Source of the DNA: Catajapyx aquilonaris
Lineage: Eukaryota
Reading direction: 5' to 3'
NCBI GenBank assembly: GCA_000934665.2
Contig: JYFJ02002379.1
Span: 1 to 58,102, forward strand
Length of the DNA: 58,102 nt
Positions 40,103 through 51,400 of this stretch are shown here, piece after piece. The stretch's first letter is position 1; each line of letters begins with the position of its first letter. Position numbers and translations under genes: made by a program. Under the pieces are notes generated by a model. That model did no database searches and was not told where the DNA came from. It saw nothing but the letters and a program-made list of their open reading frames with translations.

Positions 40103-40440
40103 CATAGTGAGTGACGACACAAGCAGGCAATCCCGCCACGGTCACGGAAGAAGCGGGCAAGTTTGACCCACATGCGCAACAGCATTGCCAACCTAAGAGG
40201 CAAAAAAGACAACGTGAAAGGAAGGTGTGGTATACAAAAAGTATCGGCAAAGTGGCCGCAGGAGGAGGAAGAAGCTGAAGAAGTAGGCGAAGAAGCGGGT
40301 CTCCTGGCCCATCAACAAGCATACCATAAGCAGACCATAAGCAAAGCAGTGTTTGTGAGAGGAGGTTGCCTCAGGACACTCACTTCACTCAGTACAGTAC
40401 AACCAGTCAGTAAGGCAGGGTTTTTGCACCTGTGTCAACC
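40103..40440 (+). other. Probable 5'UTR exon of the membrane-protein gene (a further upstream exon likely ends at the 38671|gtaagt donor)
   Basis: Acceptor ctttttttttag| (40102) and donor CC|gtaagt (40441). GC-richer than the flanks. Not in frame with ATG 42805. Confidence 0.5.
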
Positions 40441-40768
40441 GTAAGTGTTCCGTTTTTTAATAGCTTGTTACAAGCAATTGAAATTATTTATAGTGAAGCC
40501 ATGTGTCTTAGCATGACAGTACCGGTACAACGGGAAATTATTTTTAACAATAATTTAAAATACTGTAGTTTAATTATTATGACGACGTTTTCTCTTTGTT
40601 TGGTTAACGTGAATTACTATGAATATATTCCACTGATGGGAGGAATTTTGCCGGTATTTTTTTAATATAATGGAGAGAGTTCGATTGGAGAGCTGATTGT
40701 CCTTGTTTCTTACTTTACAATATGCATAACAGCATGTTGTAGGAAATAGTAACGTGAGAATTCGTAGC

Positions 40769-41025
40769 AATTGAAGGGATTAGTGCCATAACGTGCTAAG
40801 CCACACTTGTGTGTTTTTTGAGCTTGCACGTGTCTGAAAGTCCCACCATCGTGCTTCACAAGTGGGCATCACGTAGTTAGAAAAATTCCCCATAGATCAC
40901 GAGAAAATCACGAATAATGTTCCTTGTTTTGTATGATTTGCCATATTAAGCCTAACTTTTGAAAGCCCATATCTCAGAATGGAGGTTTTGTGGCTTAGCA
41001 CGTTATGGCACTAACCCATTCAATT
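40769..41025. mobile_element. MITE with ~37-bp TIRs
   Basis: aattgaagggattagtgccataacgtgctaagccaca at the left end and its near-perfect reverse complement at ~40989-41025. Confidence 0.8.
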
Positions 41026-41220
41026 TTTTGTATCAGCAAACATATTGTGGTGCTCAAGATCAAAAACACTTCGGTCCAATTAATAACTAATTACTGTTAC
41101 ATATCTACATCAGAAATTTATCAATGTAACGTTGCATCAGTCAAGAGTTAAGAAAAATTTTAATTAGTTCAAAAATATAGTATTTACCCACTGTTCTGTA
41201 TTTCAAAATATGGAACAATA

Positions 41221-41383
41221 ACCAAGAAAAATTTTCATTATTCCAAAAAACAGTATTCATATCCACTTGATGCATTTATCCCACTAAAGAGCTTTGGCAA
41301 AGGTTTTCAGCGGGATAAATGCCTCAAGTGGATATCCGTATGAGGCATTTATCCCGCTGAAAATAATGAAAAATTTTCTTGGT
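41221..41383. repeat. Nested/overlapping inverted repeats built on GGGATAAATGCC
   Basis: Outer arms 41221-41242/41362-41383; perfect 23-bp arms 41304-41326/41341-41363; alternative 24-bp arms 41259-41282/41312-41335. Confidence 0.8.
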
Positions 41384-41776
41384 TGTTTGACTGATCTATA
41401 TGTTTCTAAATGAAGGTTATGAAGGAAGTTTGATATAGTTGGAAATAACCTTCAGGCATTTTGAACACGTTCTGATATGGTATAAATAATGCTTCACTCG
41501 TATGCAATTTTCAATTTGCGAAAAAAACTTTCCGATTATGGAGGCGTTTTGGAAATTCGAAAAAAAGGATTCCTCTCAACTGTGATCATTCGAAAGGATA
41601 TTTATCCCATTTGCATGAAATGATGTCAACAGTCATAAAGTTGAATGGAGCTACTATTTTTACTTCACAAATGCGTCAAAGCTATGCTGAATATATACGC
41701 CATATTTCATTTTTCTCTAGGGTACACAAATTCAGATTGTAATATTCATCGAGATCTCCATTCAATATATTACTTA

Positions 41777-42086
41777 CTAGCAGGTTACCCGGCGTTGCCC
41801 GGGTAAGTTATGGTGGTAGGCCTACAATGTAATGAGGGCATTACCATGGAAATCTATGAATATTGTTAAATAGGTAATTGGCAATTGGTTAATTGGGAAT
41901 ATGCGTGTTATGGGTGTTAGGTACATTTTCGGAAGCTGAAACATGCGGCATTAAATTCCTTGAAAAATGTAACTCCCGATATGCTAATTTAAGGGGGTGT
42001 AGGGGCCTTCCCCCGGATTTCTATAAGGGACAAACAAACTGACTGATTGACAAATTGACAAACTTCCTTATTTATAGAGATAGAGA
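41777..42086 (-). mobile_element. Non-autonomous Helitron (~310 bp)
   Basis: Minus strand 5' A|TCTCTAT...AAATAAGGAAGTTTGTC with (GTTT/GTCA)-type repeats. The 3' end has the hairpin CCCGG-GCAACG-CCGGG followed by CTAG|T, the canonical Helitron termini inserted at AT with no TSD. Confidence 0.85.
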
Positions 42087-42804
42087 TAGTAACATACTAG
42101 GAGAGATGTCGGAGATATTAATATACATTCTATGAAGTGTCCAAACATTTCTCCTTATGTAAATGGTTTGTTTACAAATAGTGCGGTAAACACGTTACTG
42201 TTATTAAATTTATTAATGTAGATTTTTTAAAATATGCGTATTGGAACCATATGCCACACACACCCAATCAAAACAAATGCTCACATTCACAACATTTCTT
42301 GTTCCACTTTCATTGTCAATTAGAATAATAAAACTTCTTCACCAATGAATGGACATTTAGCTTAAAATTGTGCGTATGATATACAGTACGTTCCATATAA
42401 TTATTAGTCCATATAGGTACTTAAACACTGTCTCGTTTCTCTTCCTTATTCCGAGTGAAGGCCTGCAATATAATAAGTGAAACACTTTTGTATTGTCCCC
42501 ACAACAAAACGAACGACCCTGACAACTTCTTTTTTTCTCCATCTATTCAGTCTTCCTAAATATTCAGAGATGCGGAAGTCTTTTTTATCAGAACAGTTAC
42601 ATTACGTGCGACCTTTTTAATATTTTGAACGCACGGCATCATGTCCCATACATCACATTACCCCCTCCTTTTTGCATGCAGAGCAAGAAATGGTATTTCC
42701 TGCTATTGTTTTCTCCAAGCATGATGGATTTTAATGCGTCTTTTTTGGCAGAAAAGATTCTGTTTGTTACACATCAAGTGATCTAGGCATTCCTTTCTTT
42801 ACAG

Positions 42805-45398
42805 ATGATGGCTCACAGGTTCCTGACCGCATGTGTCGTTTTACTGTCTATAGGTTACTGTTTCACGGTGACTTTCATCGTTCCAGCAGCAACCACCGCA
42901 AGTATGACACATTTTAATGGATATAGTCAACTTGTCGTCGGGTTAATTAGGCTTGATCCTTGAATTTTAAAAATTCAATCAATCAATTTTGAAAAACACC
43001 TTGATTGCATATTGGTAGCATTGACTACGTTCACCTTATACCGAAACTATGAATAGAACGTAACAAGTAATGGCCATGGATGTGTGGGCTAGTTACAACG
43101 ATGTATAAGCAAGCTCAAAATATGGTGCCCACCATGACTGACAGTTCAGAGAGCCATTGTCCAAGTGGACTTGAATTTGATGGGAAAGGTTGTTGCTCAG
43201 CGTTTATTCTCGGCGCACAGGAGGAATTAGAAAGTGGTTGTAGTTTACATATGAGCTATATGATAATTATGGGATAGTACTTATATAAGTTATATCTACT
43301 ATAAGTAATTGATTTGCGTCGCATTGTAGCCGCGCCCATTTTCACCAGGAAAACAGCATGTCAGTTCAAACATGACTATTTCGTGTTCATTAGTAGGCAA
43401 GTATCATCCATCTCATGAGTCAAATGCAGCGACCCTGGCACCAATTTATGACCCTTCTTTACCAGAAAATTCGTATGACAAATAAATCGCCATAATCTCA
43501 TGTTAGAACACATACTACCTGATTTTGTTCCTTTCGAAACAAATGCCATTACATTTTTCTGCATCACAAATGGGTTAATATTAAAGTCAAATACCTCGGA
43601 TTTGTCATAGTAAAATATGTATTAATAATTGTGAAATATTTTTTTCCATATTTCCTTAGTGACTTTCGCCACTTCAAACAACTCATCGCTGAAAAAATAT
43701 GAGCTCAGCATCATCCCAGCAGATTGGACACATATCATGTGGAGCATCATTTATCTATGGTTGGGAGCTGCCATTGCTTACAGTAAGTTATCATGACCTA
43801 TGTCCTCATTAATTACTTACAAATCCTCCTATTATTCTGAATAACAACTCGTTGCTGTAATAAAGATGCAAAAGGACTTTTGTAACCCTTCATACCTCAC
43901 TTCTCATCATTATCACCAAAGTGGTTAGTCAATACAGCGTAATTTATGTAACATAAGACAATGCTGAAAATTTTTGGCACGACTTTAAAACAGTAACAAA
44001 ACAAGTGTCTCAGTTCTCATGACCTATTCTGAATTTCTTACTAGCTCAATATTACATCACAATGTTTTTTTTCACACAGTGGTTACCAGCATATTTCGAC
44101 ATAACTGTGATCGTCCGGATAGGCAGTTGGAGTTCTCAACTATCCTCAGCTTACCTGCCTGTATGTGCTGGTGTCTCAACCTAGTTTTTTTCTACTTATG
44201 GCTACGTGTATGGAACACTGGAAATGTCACCGGATCAGCAATGTTCTTCTTGTTCGTTGCATTTACAGCATGGGCCACATTTGCACTACAGGCTTATCGG
44301 TGAAGTATTTTTTCCCCTCATGTGACAAATAATATAATATTAGAAAATAATTTTGCTCAACTTGTTAGTAGTGTTGCAAGAGAATATAAGAATAGACGAT
44401 ATTTCTTGGAAAATGTGACAGGATGTGAAGGAGTGGCCTTCATTTAGTACACTAATATGTAGTACTTTTGAATGTCTTGTATATATTTAGCTCTCAAATA
44501 TTGCTCTTAATAAGTATAAACGTCAGCTTTGTATGCAACCTTGAAGTGAACCAGCAAAAAATATGACGTTTAACTGCCCAAGGTTATCATGCAAAATCTT
44601 GTTATTTACCTGTCATAATAGCGGTCGTTTCCCTTCAACCCTGGGTTTCCCCTTCTTAAAATTTCCAATTTCAATAGTTTTTCTCTGGAAAGTTATTTTC
44701 ATCTTCTGACTCACCCTGTTGACAATTGCAGCTTGGGTCAGAAAGGAGATCACCTGGCTGTGGAATCCCCGAGCGATTTGTGGGCTTTCCACGCTTTGGT
44801 GCTAAATGGACTGGCATTATACTCCACCTGGGCCACTGGTCACGCATTGGTCAATTTGACCTTGGCATTACGATACAGCCGCAATTGCCATTTACCTGAT
44901 CACGATTCCAGTCTGGTTTTCTTAGGGTTGATCACTGCCCTTCTGACCTTTTACTGTCTTCTAGAGAATTTTCTGTTGGATCCCTACGTTAGATATGTGC
45001 TTACACCATATCCAGGTTAGTAAATACAAATTTAATTGTTAATTTAATTGTTTTTAAATTACTGATAATCACTTTCATTTTCAGCAACCCTTGTTTTCCT
45101 GAGTGGTGTGTACGATACTTTGAGACAAACCCAAGATAGCACAATGGAATCTCTGCTGTATGTTATTGGTCTATTGGGAGCAGTTGGGGTCATACTTATT
45201 CTTCGGTTCGCCACTGTTATTTACCGCCAACTTAGAGACCCGTTGTACCGGGGGTCTAATAACGATCTGCATAGTGACATGAGTGGTGCCATAGAAATGG
45301 TTAGGCCGCTGGCAGCAAAGGCCACCACAATGTGGAAGAAGCCACCTTCTGATGCGGAGTTAGTGCCTTTTGTTATTGAAAACAAGATTCCGCTCTGA
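42805..45398 (+). CDS. Uncharacterised multi-pass membrane protein (Trp-rich, resembles the TspO/MBR-related TPAGWTFxIWxxIY family), 345 aa
   Basis: Exons 42805-42901, 43660-43782, 44080-44299, 44732-45015, 45085-45398; phases consistent, total 1038 nt. About 7-8 hydrophobic segments. Motifs KYELSIIPADWTHIMWSIIYLW, DLWAFHALVLNGLALYSTWAT and LENFLLDPYVRYVLTPYP are recalled from an uncharacterised animal/bacterial family. AATAAA near 45710. Confidence 0.82.
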
Positions 45399-46255
45399 TT
45401 TGTTTAGACGACAATGGACCAAGACTGTTTTGTACTGTACAACTTGCTTAGACGACCTTGGATAAGACTGACCTGTTGCCCATTAGTGGACGTGGTGGAA
45501 TGTTCATTGTATGTTATGTGAAAACCGGTATGGGTTTGTGCATCAGATGGTGTTAACTTGTAGATATCGATGTTATGTGTAAATTATGTAATGTTGTTTA
45601 TTTGACCGTAATTTTTTATGTGACATGTCCTTTCCATTGTGTACTGTACACATAGAGACAGCTTAAACTACAAATAGCTCTCTTTATGAACACTATATGG
45701 CAATGTGCTAATAAATGTAAATAGCATTTCCCTATATGTTACCCCTTTCGTACTTTATTAAAGTGAAAGAATACTTAATCCTGGTTTTCAATGATTTAGC
45801 TCCAGTTTCATAAGTCAGGTTGTGTTGAGTTACAGCTCGATTTTCAAAAAACGTCAAAATATGTTTATTGGGGCAAATTATTCTCATTATAATAAATCGT
45901 AATAAAATGTTTTCTTTATTAATAGATAACAAGGACGCAAAAAGTACTCGTACATTTGAAGGACAAAAAAACATTCAGATCATTTTGAATAAAATGAGTT
46001 TTTCCCTACTCTTAGCATTTAGAGACGGCTATGAATGTGGCCACCTAATTGACATGCGACATTCTTCTAATTATTTGAAAACTTGGTAATAATGAATTAA
46101 TCATTTTTCAGTAAAGTATGCTGCATATTGTTTTAATTTCTGAATAGTAAGTACGGTATATATTGAGCAAGATATTGAATAAATAAAAATATACACGTCT
46201 ATGGTACAATGCCTATACGTGGTTTAGTCCATAGAAAACTAACGGCTACCTTTAA

Positions 46256-46290
<35 letters not shown>
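46256..46290. repeat. (CT)n microsatellite
   Basis: Read directly, with one interruption. Confidence 0.9.
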
Positions 46291-46832
46291 AGTTGTTGTT
46301 GTTGTTCTTGTGGATCATAGGTCATCATTATGAAAGGCCCGTAAATGGGATTTGCAATAGAACCTTATGGACCTTCGGAAATGGCAATATCTCATATTCA
46401 CATGAGATGTACCTTATTGTCCGTTCCTCCCCCGAGGTCTTCATTTGTGACTGTAAATTGCTCGGTAAATTGGGACAGCTTTGAGATGGGATAAATGCCT
46501 AACACGATACACATTTCTTAATGAAGGTTATAGTTTAACCCTGGAGAGGTAGGTTTATATCGAGGTTTATATAACTTTTCATGATTTTGTCTTTATGCAG
46601 ATGTAGGTAATGATGCTAATCATGATAATATACTGTACTGGCTTGGAATCGTCCATTTGGAGCACGGTAATTAACACTCGAAAAACTTTCGGATTTTGGA
46701 ATTTAGGAAAACGGATTCTCAACCTGTAGGCCCTAATTATTTCCAGATTTTGTTTAACTTACAAAAATACATTATCAGTGTCTCAAATCATTAGCTAAAC
46801 CACAGGGATAGCTGTTATAACTTACCTCACAT

Positions 46833-47160
46833 AGGGAGACGGAGTGGCGCCGTGGTAACACGTGCGCCCACGGAAGTTAAGGTCCCGGGTTCAATCCCCA
46901 CCCGGGGTCCCACCTTCTTTCGTGCAGGGTGAGACCGTCTCTGGCTTCGTTTCGGGTGGCGATCCTTGCACATAAGCCACCCGGGGGAGTTCACAAAACG
47001 GCAAATACAACGTCTGTGCACATGCACTTTGCACATCCCCTCCTACCTACCCTTGGAACACACTAAGTACTATCACACAGTACACCAGTTCCACCCAAAT
47101 GGTGGTAATTCCACCCCCCTAATGGAAATCAACTCCCAACGGGGTACAATAAAAAAAAAA
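46833..47160 (+). mobile_element. tRNA-derived SINE, family B, full length with poly(A) tail and TSD
   Basis: A-box TGGCGCCGTGG, B-box GGTTCAATCCC, AATAAAAAAAAAA tail, 15-bp TSD taacttacctcacat at 46818-46832 and 47161-47175. Confidence 0.9.
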
Positions 47161-48040
47161 TAACTTACCTCACATGGATAAGCAATTTAATCTTGCTTGT
47201 AATGTTTATAAATTAAGAATGCTGCTTTTGTATGGCTGCATAGAATTCCCTCGATAATTACAATATACGAGAGTATACAATCATATTAAAACAGCGGAAC
47301 TTATTTTAAAACAGGGAAATACCTGTCACATCCGCGCTGAACAAGGAATAGTCGCTTGCGTTTAATTAATTCAGCTGCAAACGGTACTACATACACGGCA
47401 TTTTCTCTCACAATGATTACAATATTCATAAAAGTCTCATACTTGTCTCCTGGAATATGCCCCCTCGATTGCTGGAGTACGTATACTTATCATTTCGACA
47501 CGGAGTATACTAAGCAGGGACCGAAAGTTTCGGGCCTGCTCCATCATGGGTGTCGTGATGTTGATGATTATGTTGTAACCAATCATGAATGGGATTACAA
47601 CAAATGACCAGTCAAACTTCCATTGCAGTATGTGTAGCACTGTAGCAGCAACCTTTTGCATTTTTTTTGTAGCCTACAGATAGTAGTCTAGCTCTAAGAT
47701 GTAATGCCACCTATCTATCGGAAGTTCGGAACAAATACCTAAGTTTAAGCAAATAAAAGTTGCGTCATACTCCTATTTATTTCTACGTGTCTTCCTGGGA
47801 TCCTGGCAATCCAGGATATAAATCACCTGCCCCATACCGACTGATATTACAACTTATCTAGCCCCAATATTTACACCCAGATAACTGATATCACGAGACA
47901 GGGAAAAACCTGACGCTCATTTTTTGGAGCCGAATCACAGGTGGTGGATTGCCAGCAAGGTTAGTCGATCGTCTTTCCTCGTCCCTTAAGTTAAATCGCA
48001 CAATTTTTTAAAAATCCAATCATTTCCAAAGTGTGGAAAC

Positions 48041-48324
48041 AAAATGGCGTCAACAGCATCAATGACGTCACAACTGCAACATTTTAAAAGCCAACAATCA
48101 TGTAGATTTTGAAAGTCTGATTAAATTTTTAGTTGAAATTAATATAATTTTTATAGTAACCATCTGGATTTGGGACTGACGCTTACGCCAGAGTTTGTCA
48201 ATTTTGCCGCTAGAGTCCGGCAAGATGGCGTCACTTTCCCCCTTCGCCTCCCCTCCTCTTCCCTCTGTACCCCTGAGGTGAGTCACTCCCCGCTGTGAAA
48301 CAATCTACTCGACGTTCTTCGTAG
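48041..48324 (+). promoter_or_regulatory. GC-rich promoter/5'UTR of the A1CF-like gene with YY1-type AAxATGGCG motifs, a CRE and a probable 47-nt UTR intron
   Basis: aaaatggcg at 48041, tgacgtca at 48063, aagatggcg at 48222; donor GAG|gtgagt at 48278 and acceptor ttcttcgtag| at 48324. Confidence 0.4.
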
Positions 48325-48449
48325 GTGCTGGTGAAATCCGCCGCCATCCGCCCGTCAGACAGTGGGAACATCAGGGCCGAGCAACCGGGCATCGTCAAGG
48401 GGAGTCGCCAGTTGTGTTGAGCTGAGTTTGGTCAGGTAGGACCCAGCGG

Positions 48450-51400
48450 ATGATGGCCGAGTTGGGGCAGAAGAAGGAGGAGGAACAGGGAGGTGACGGA
48501 GGGGCGAGCAAGGCTGGGGCGGATGGTGCCAAGACTGAAGCGGGGCCCGACGGTGCTGGAGCCAAGGAGGAAGGGGGCAAGACCCAAGGGCAGACCAAGC
48601 AGCAGCAGGAGGGGATGATCAACAAGGACGAGGCCCTGCTGGCTCTTATGGAGAGGACCAACTACAACATAGTGCAGGTTAGTTAAGTGATGATAATGTT
48701 GGGAGGTACACTAGTGTCATGGGGTACAGTGTGTGAAAAATGACACAGATGGCTGGTGCCATAGTTTGGTGTATTGGAGGAGCCAAGGCTACCTAGGCCA
48801 TGACTGTCTTGTGTAATATTTGGTAGAGTCAAGTCCTACAACTGATCCCTATGAATTCCAGGGAACCCTCAGCTTTAGGCTCATTGATATGACCTCATGA
48901 CAGGTTATACACATAAACTGCATATTTATTTATTTTATTTATTTTACCCCGTGATGTCCCTTACAGGAGCTATAGGGGGTGGCATACCACCATCAGTTTT
49001 CTGTATATATATTTTCACTTCATTCTCCGGTGAAAGGAAACAGGGACAATGGGAAAGAATAGGGATTTTTGGGGAGGGAACATGGGTGCAAGGTGCAATG
49101 TCTTAGCTACGGGTCATGTGCTGTTCCTCAGGAGGTTAGGTTGCCAGACACCTCCTTGGTGCAGGTCGTCAGAGACCCTCCTGACGCAGGTGAAAGGAAA
49201 GTTCCCCAGGCGGGGATCGAACCTGGGGGCCTTTCACTCAGCACGCCGAGACGTTACCATCTCGGCCACCACACCTCCCCACATAAATTGCACATGTGCT
49301 ACATCAATATCAATATGGGCTCATGTACCTTTATAATGGTCATTTTTATGGTAATTCTCATTAATATAAATATAATGTGTCTGACTGCAGGAGAATGGTC
49401 AGCGGAGATATGGTGGCCCTCCTCCTGACTGGAATGGCTCCATACCACCCAAAGGCTGCGAGGTGTTTGTTGGCAAGATTCCTCGTGATTGCTTTGAGGA
49501 TGAACTGGTTCCCCACTTTGAGACCATCGGTTCCATCTATGAGCTGCGACTTATGATGGATTTCAGTGGGGCCAACAGAGGTTATGCTTTTGTCATGTAT
49601 ACCAATGCTGATGATGCCACCAAAGCCATCAAGAAGCTCAATGATGTTGAGATCCGACCTGGAAGACGACTTGGGGTGGTTCGTTCAGTCGATAATTGCC
49701 GGCTGTTTGTAGGTGGAATCCCAAGGAGTAAGCGTGAAGAAGAGGTGATGGAGGAGATGTCACGCTTGACAGAAGGCGTGGTAAGGTGCATTGTATACAT
49801 GTTGCCTGGAGATAAGAACATGAACCGTGGGTTTGCATTTGTGGAGTATGATAGTCACCGAGCAGCTGCAATGGCTAGAAGAAAACTCATTCCTGGGAAG
49901 ATTGAGCTGTGGGGACACCAGATTGCTGTTGACTGGGCAGAACCTGAACCAGATGTTGATGCAGAGACTATGGCTACTGTAAGTAGGCTACAGCTGACAA
50001 GAATCTACTCAGGACATAAAAATAATATGATCTACAGACCCAATACCTGTTCTTAATAACATAAACATAATAACGGATATTTTCTTCTGATCTCATTTAC
50101 AATGTACAGGTTAAGTCCTGATGTGAAGATTCAGACACAGCAAGGCTCTATGAATCATAAATATACAATTGAACATGATGTATCCTTATAATTTAGCATA
50201 CTCTGCAGTTTGTCTCCAAGTACAGTATAGTACCTTAATTGCTATTTTTGTTGATGTGTTTCATGTACTGTACCTTACAGTGAAATCTTCACACAATGGA
50301 ATTCCTTCATTCCACTAAAAGTTTATATTCGGAACATATACTTTTTTTTCCAAATGCAATGGAAATTTACTGAAAATACTGCACCAAACTGAAGCTTCTT
50401 TATGACAAGTTTTCTCAGTACCACAGTGTGTTAAAGACAGGTTTACGCTGGATTTGTTTGACTCTATAATGCAATCTTGATACTTGAATTAGGTGACAGT
50501 GCTGTACGTTCGCAATCTGATGCTGACCACCACTGAAGAGACACTCAAGGAGGCATTTGAAGCAATCTGTGAGCCAGGGTCTGTTGAGAAGGTGAAGAAA
50601 GTGCGTGACTTCGCTTTTGTTCATTTCTTCAGTCGCCAGAGAGCTGAAGAGGCCCTGGAAAAGATGGACGGTAAGTTACTATTGAAAAATTGAATTTGTA
50701 AACCATTTTTATGCCTGTGCATTGTTTAAATAGTTTTTGCATGATCTTCGCTTCTGTTATTTCTGCTTTTTGGGAAATTGTTAAAATCAGGAGCAAACCT
50801 AGATGGAGTCAGCATTGAGGTGGCCTGGGCCAAACCAGTGGACAAGTACACCTACCGAGCACAGAAGGTTATGAGCCGCAGTGTGTACTACACTCCTCAA
50901 TTGAATGCTCCCTTTGGGCATACAACTTATGTTGGTTTGAATCCCAACGCAGTCCCTTGGCAGAATGGCTTTGTGCAGAGGTAAGGTTGTGGCTATATTT
51001 TTCTTGATATTTGGTTACCGTACTTTAACTAACAGGCATCACCTTAATTCTCTATAATATGTTTTTGGTGTCTAATTAACCCTGTAATGCCACTAATCTA
51101 AGTAATGCCCACTGGGTCATATCTGGCACACCATTTAGTGCAATTTTTGCAACTTTTGTAATTTTTATATTTTCTGTAAGTGTGCCAAATTGCACTAAAT
51201 GGTGTGCCAGATATGACCCAAGGGGCATTACAGGGTTAATCCAATAAGACACTATATTCTAACAAGCTTCTCCAGTATTAATGGGAGCACGCCACTTCAT
51301 ATACTTTTTCCTCAGTTTAAAAAGAGGCACTGCCTAAGTTCATTTGTTACAAAAGGACACATGGCAACTAGCTGAAGTTATCATTGAGTCTTGATTTAAA

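Noticed and set aside
46834..46910. Functional tRNA gene (also 49205-49280 and 25768-25835)
   Set aside because: A/B boxes are present, but each continues into a SINE body. Two have tails and TSDs, and no convincing cloverleaf was found.
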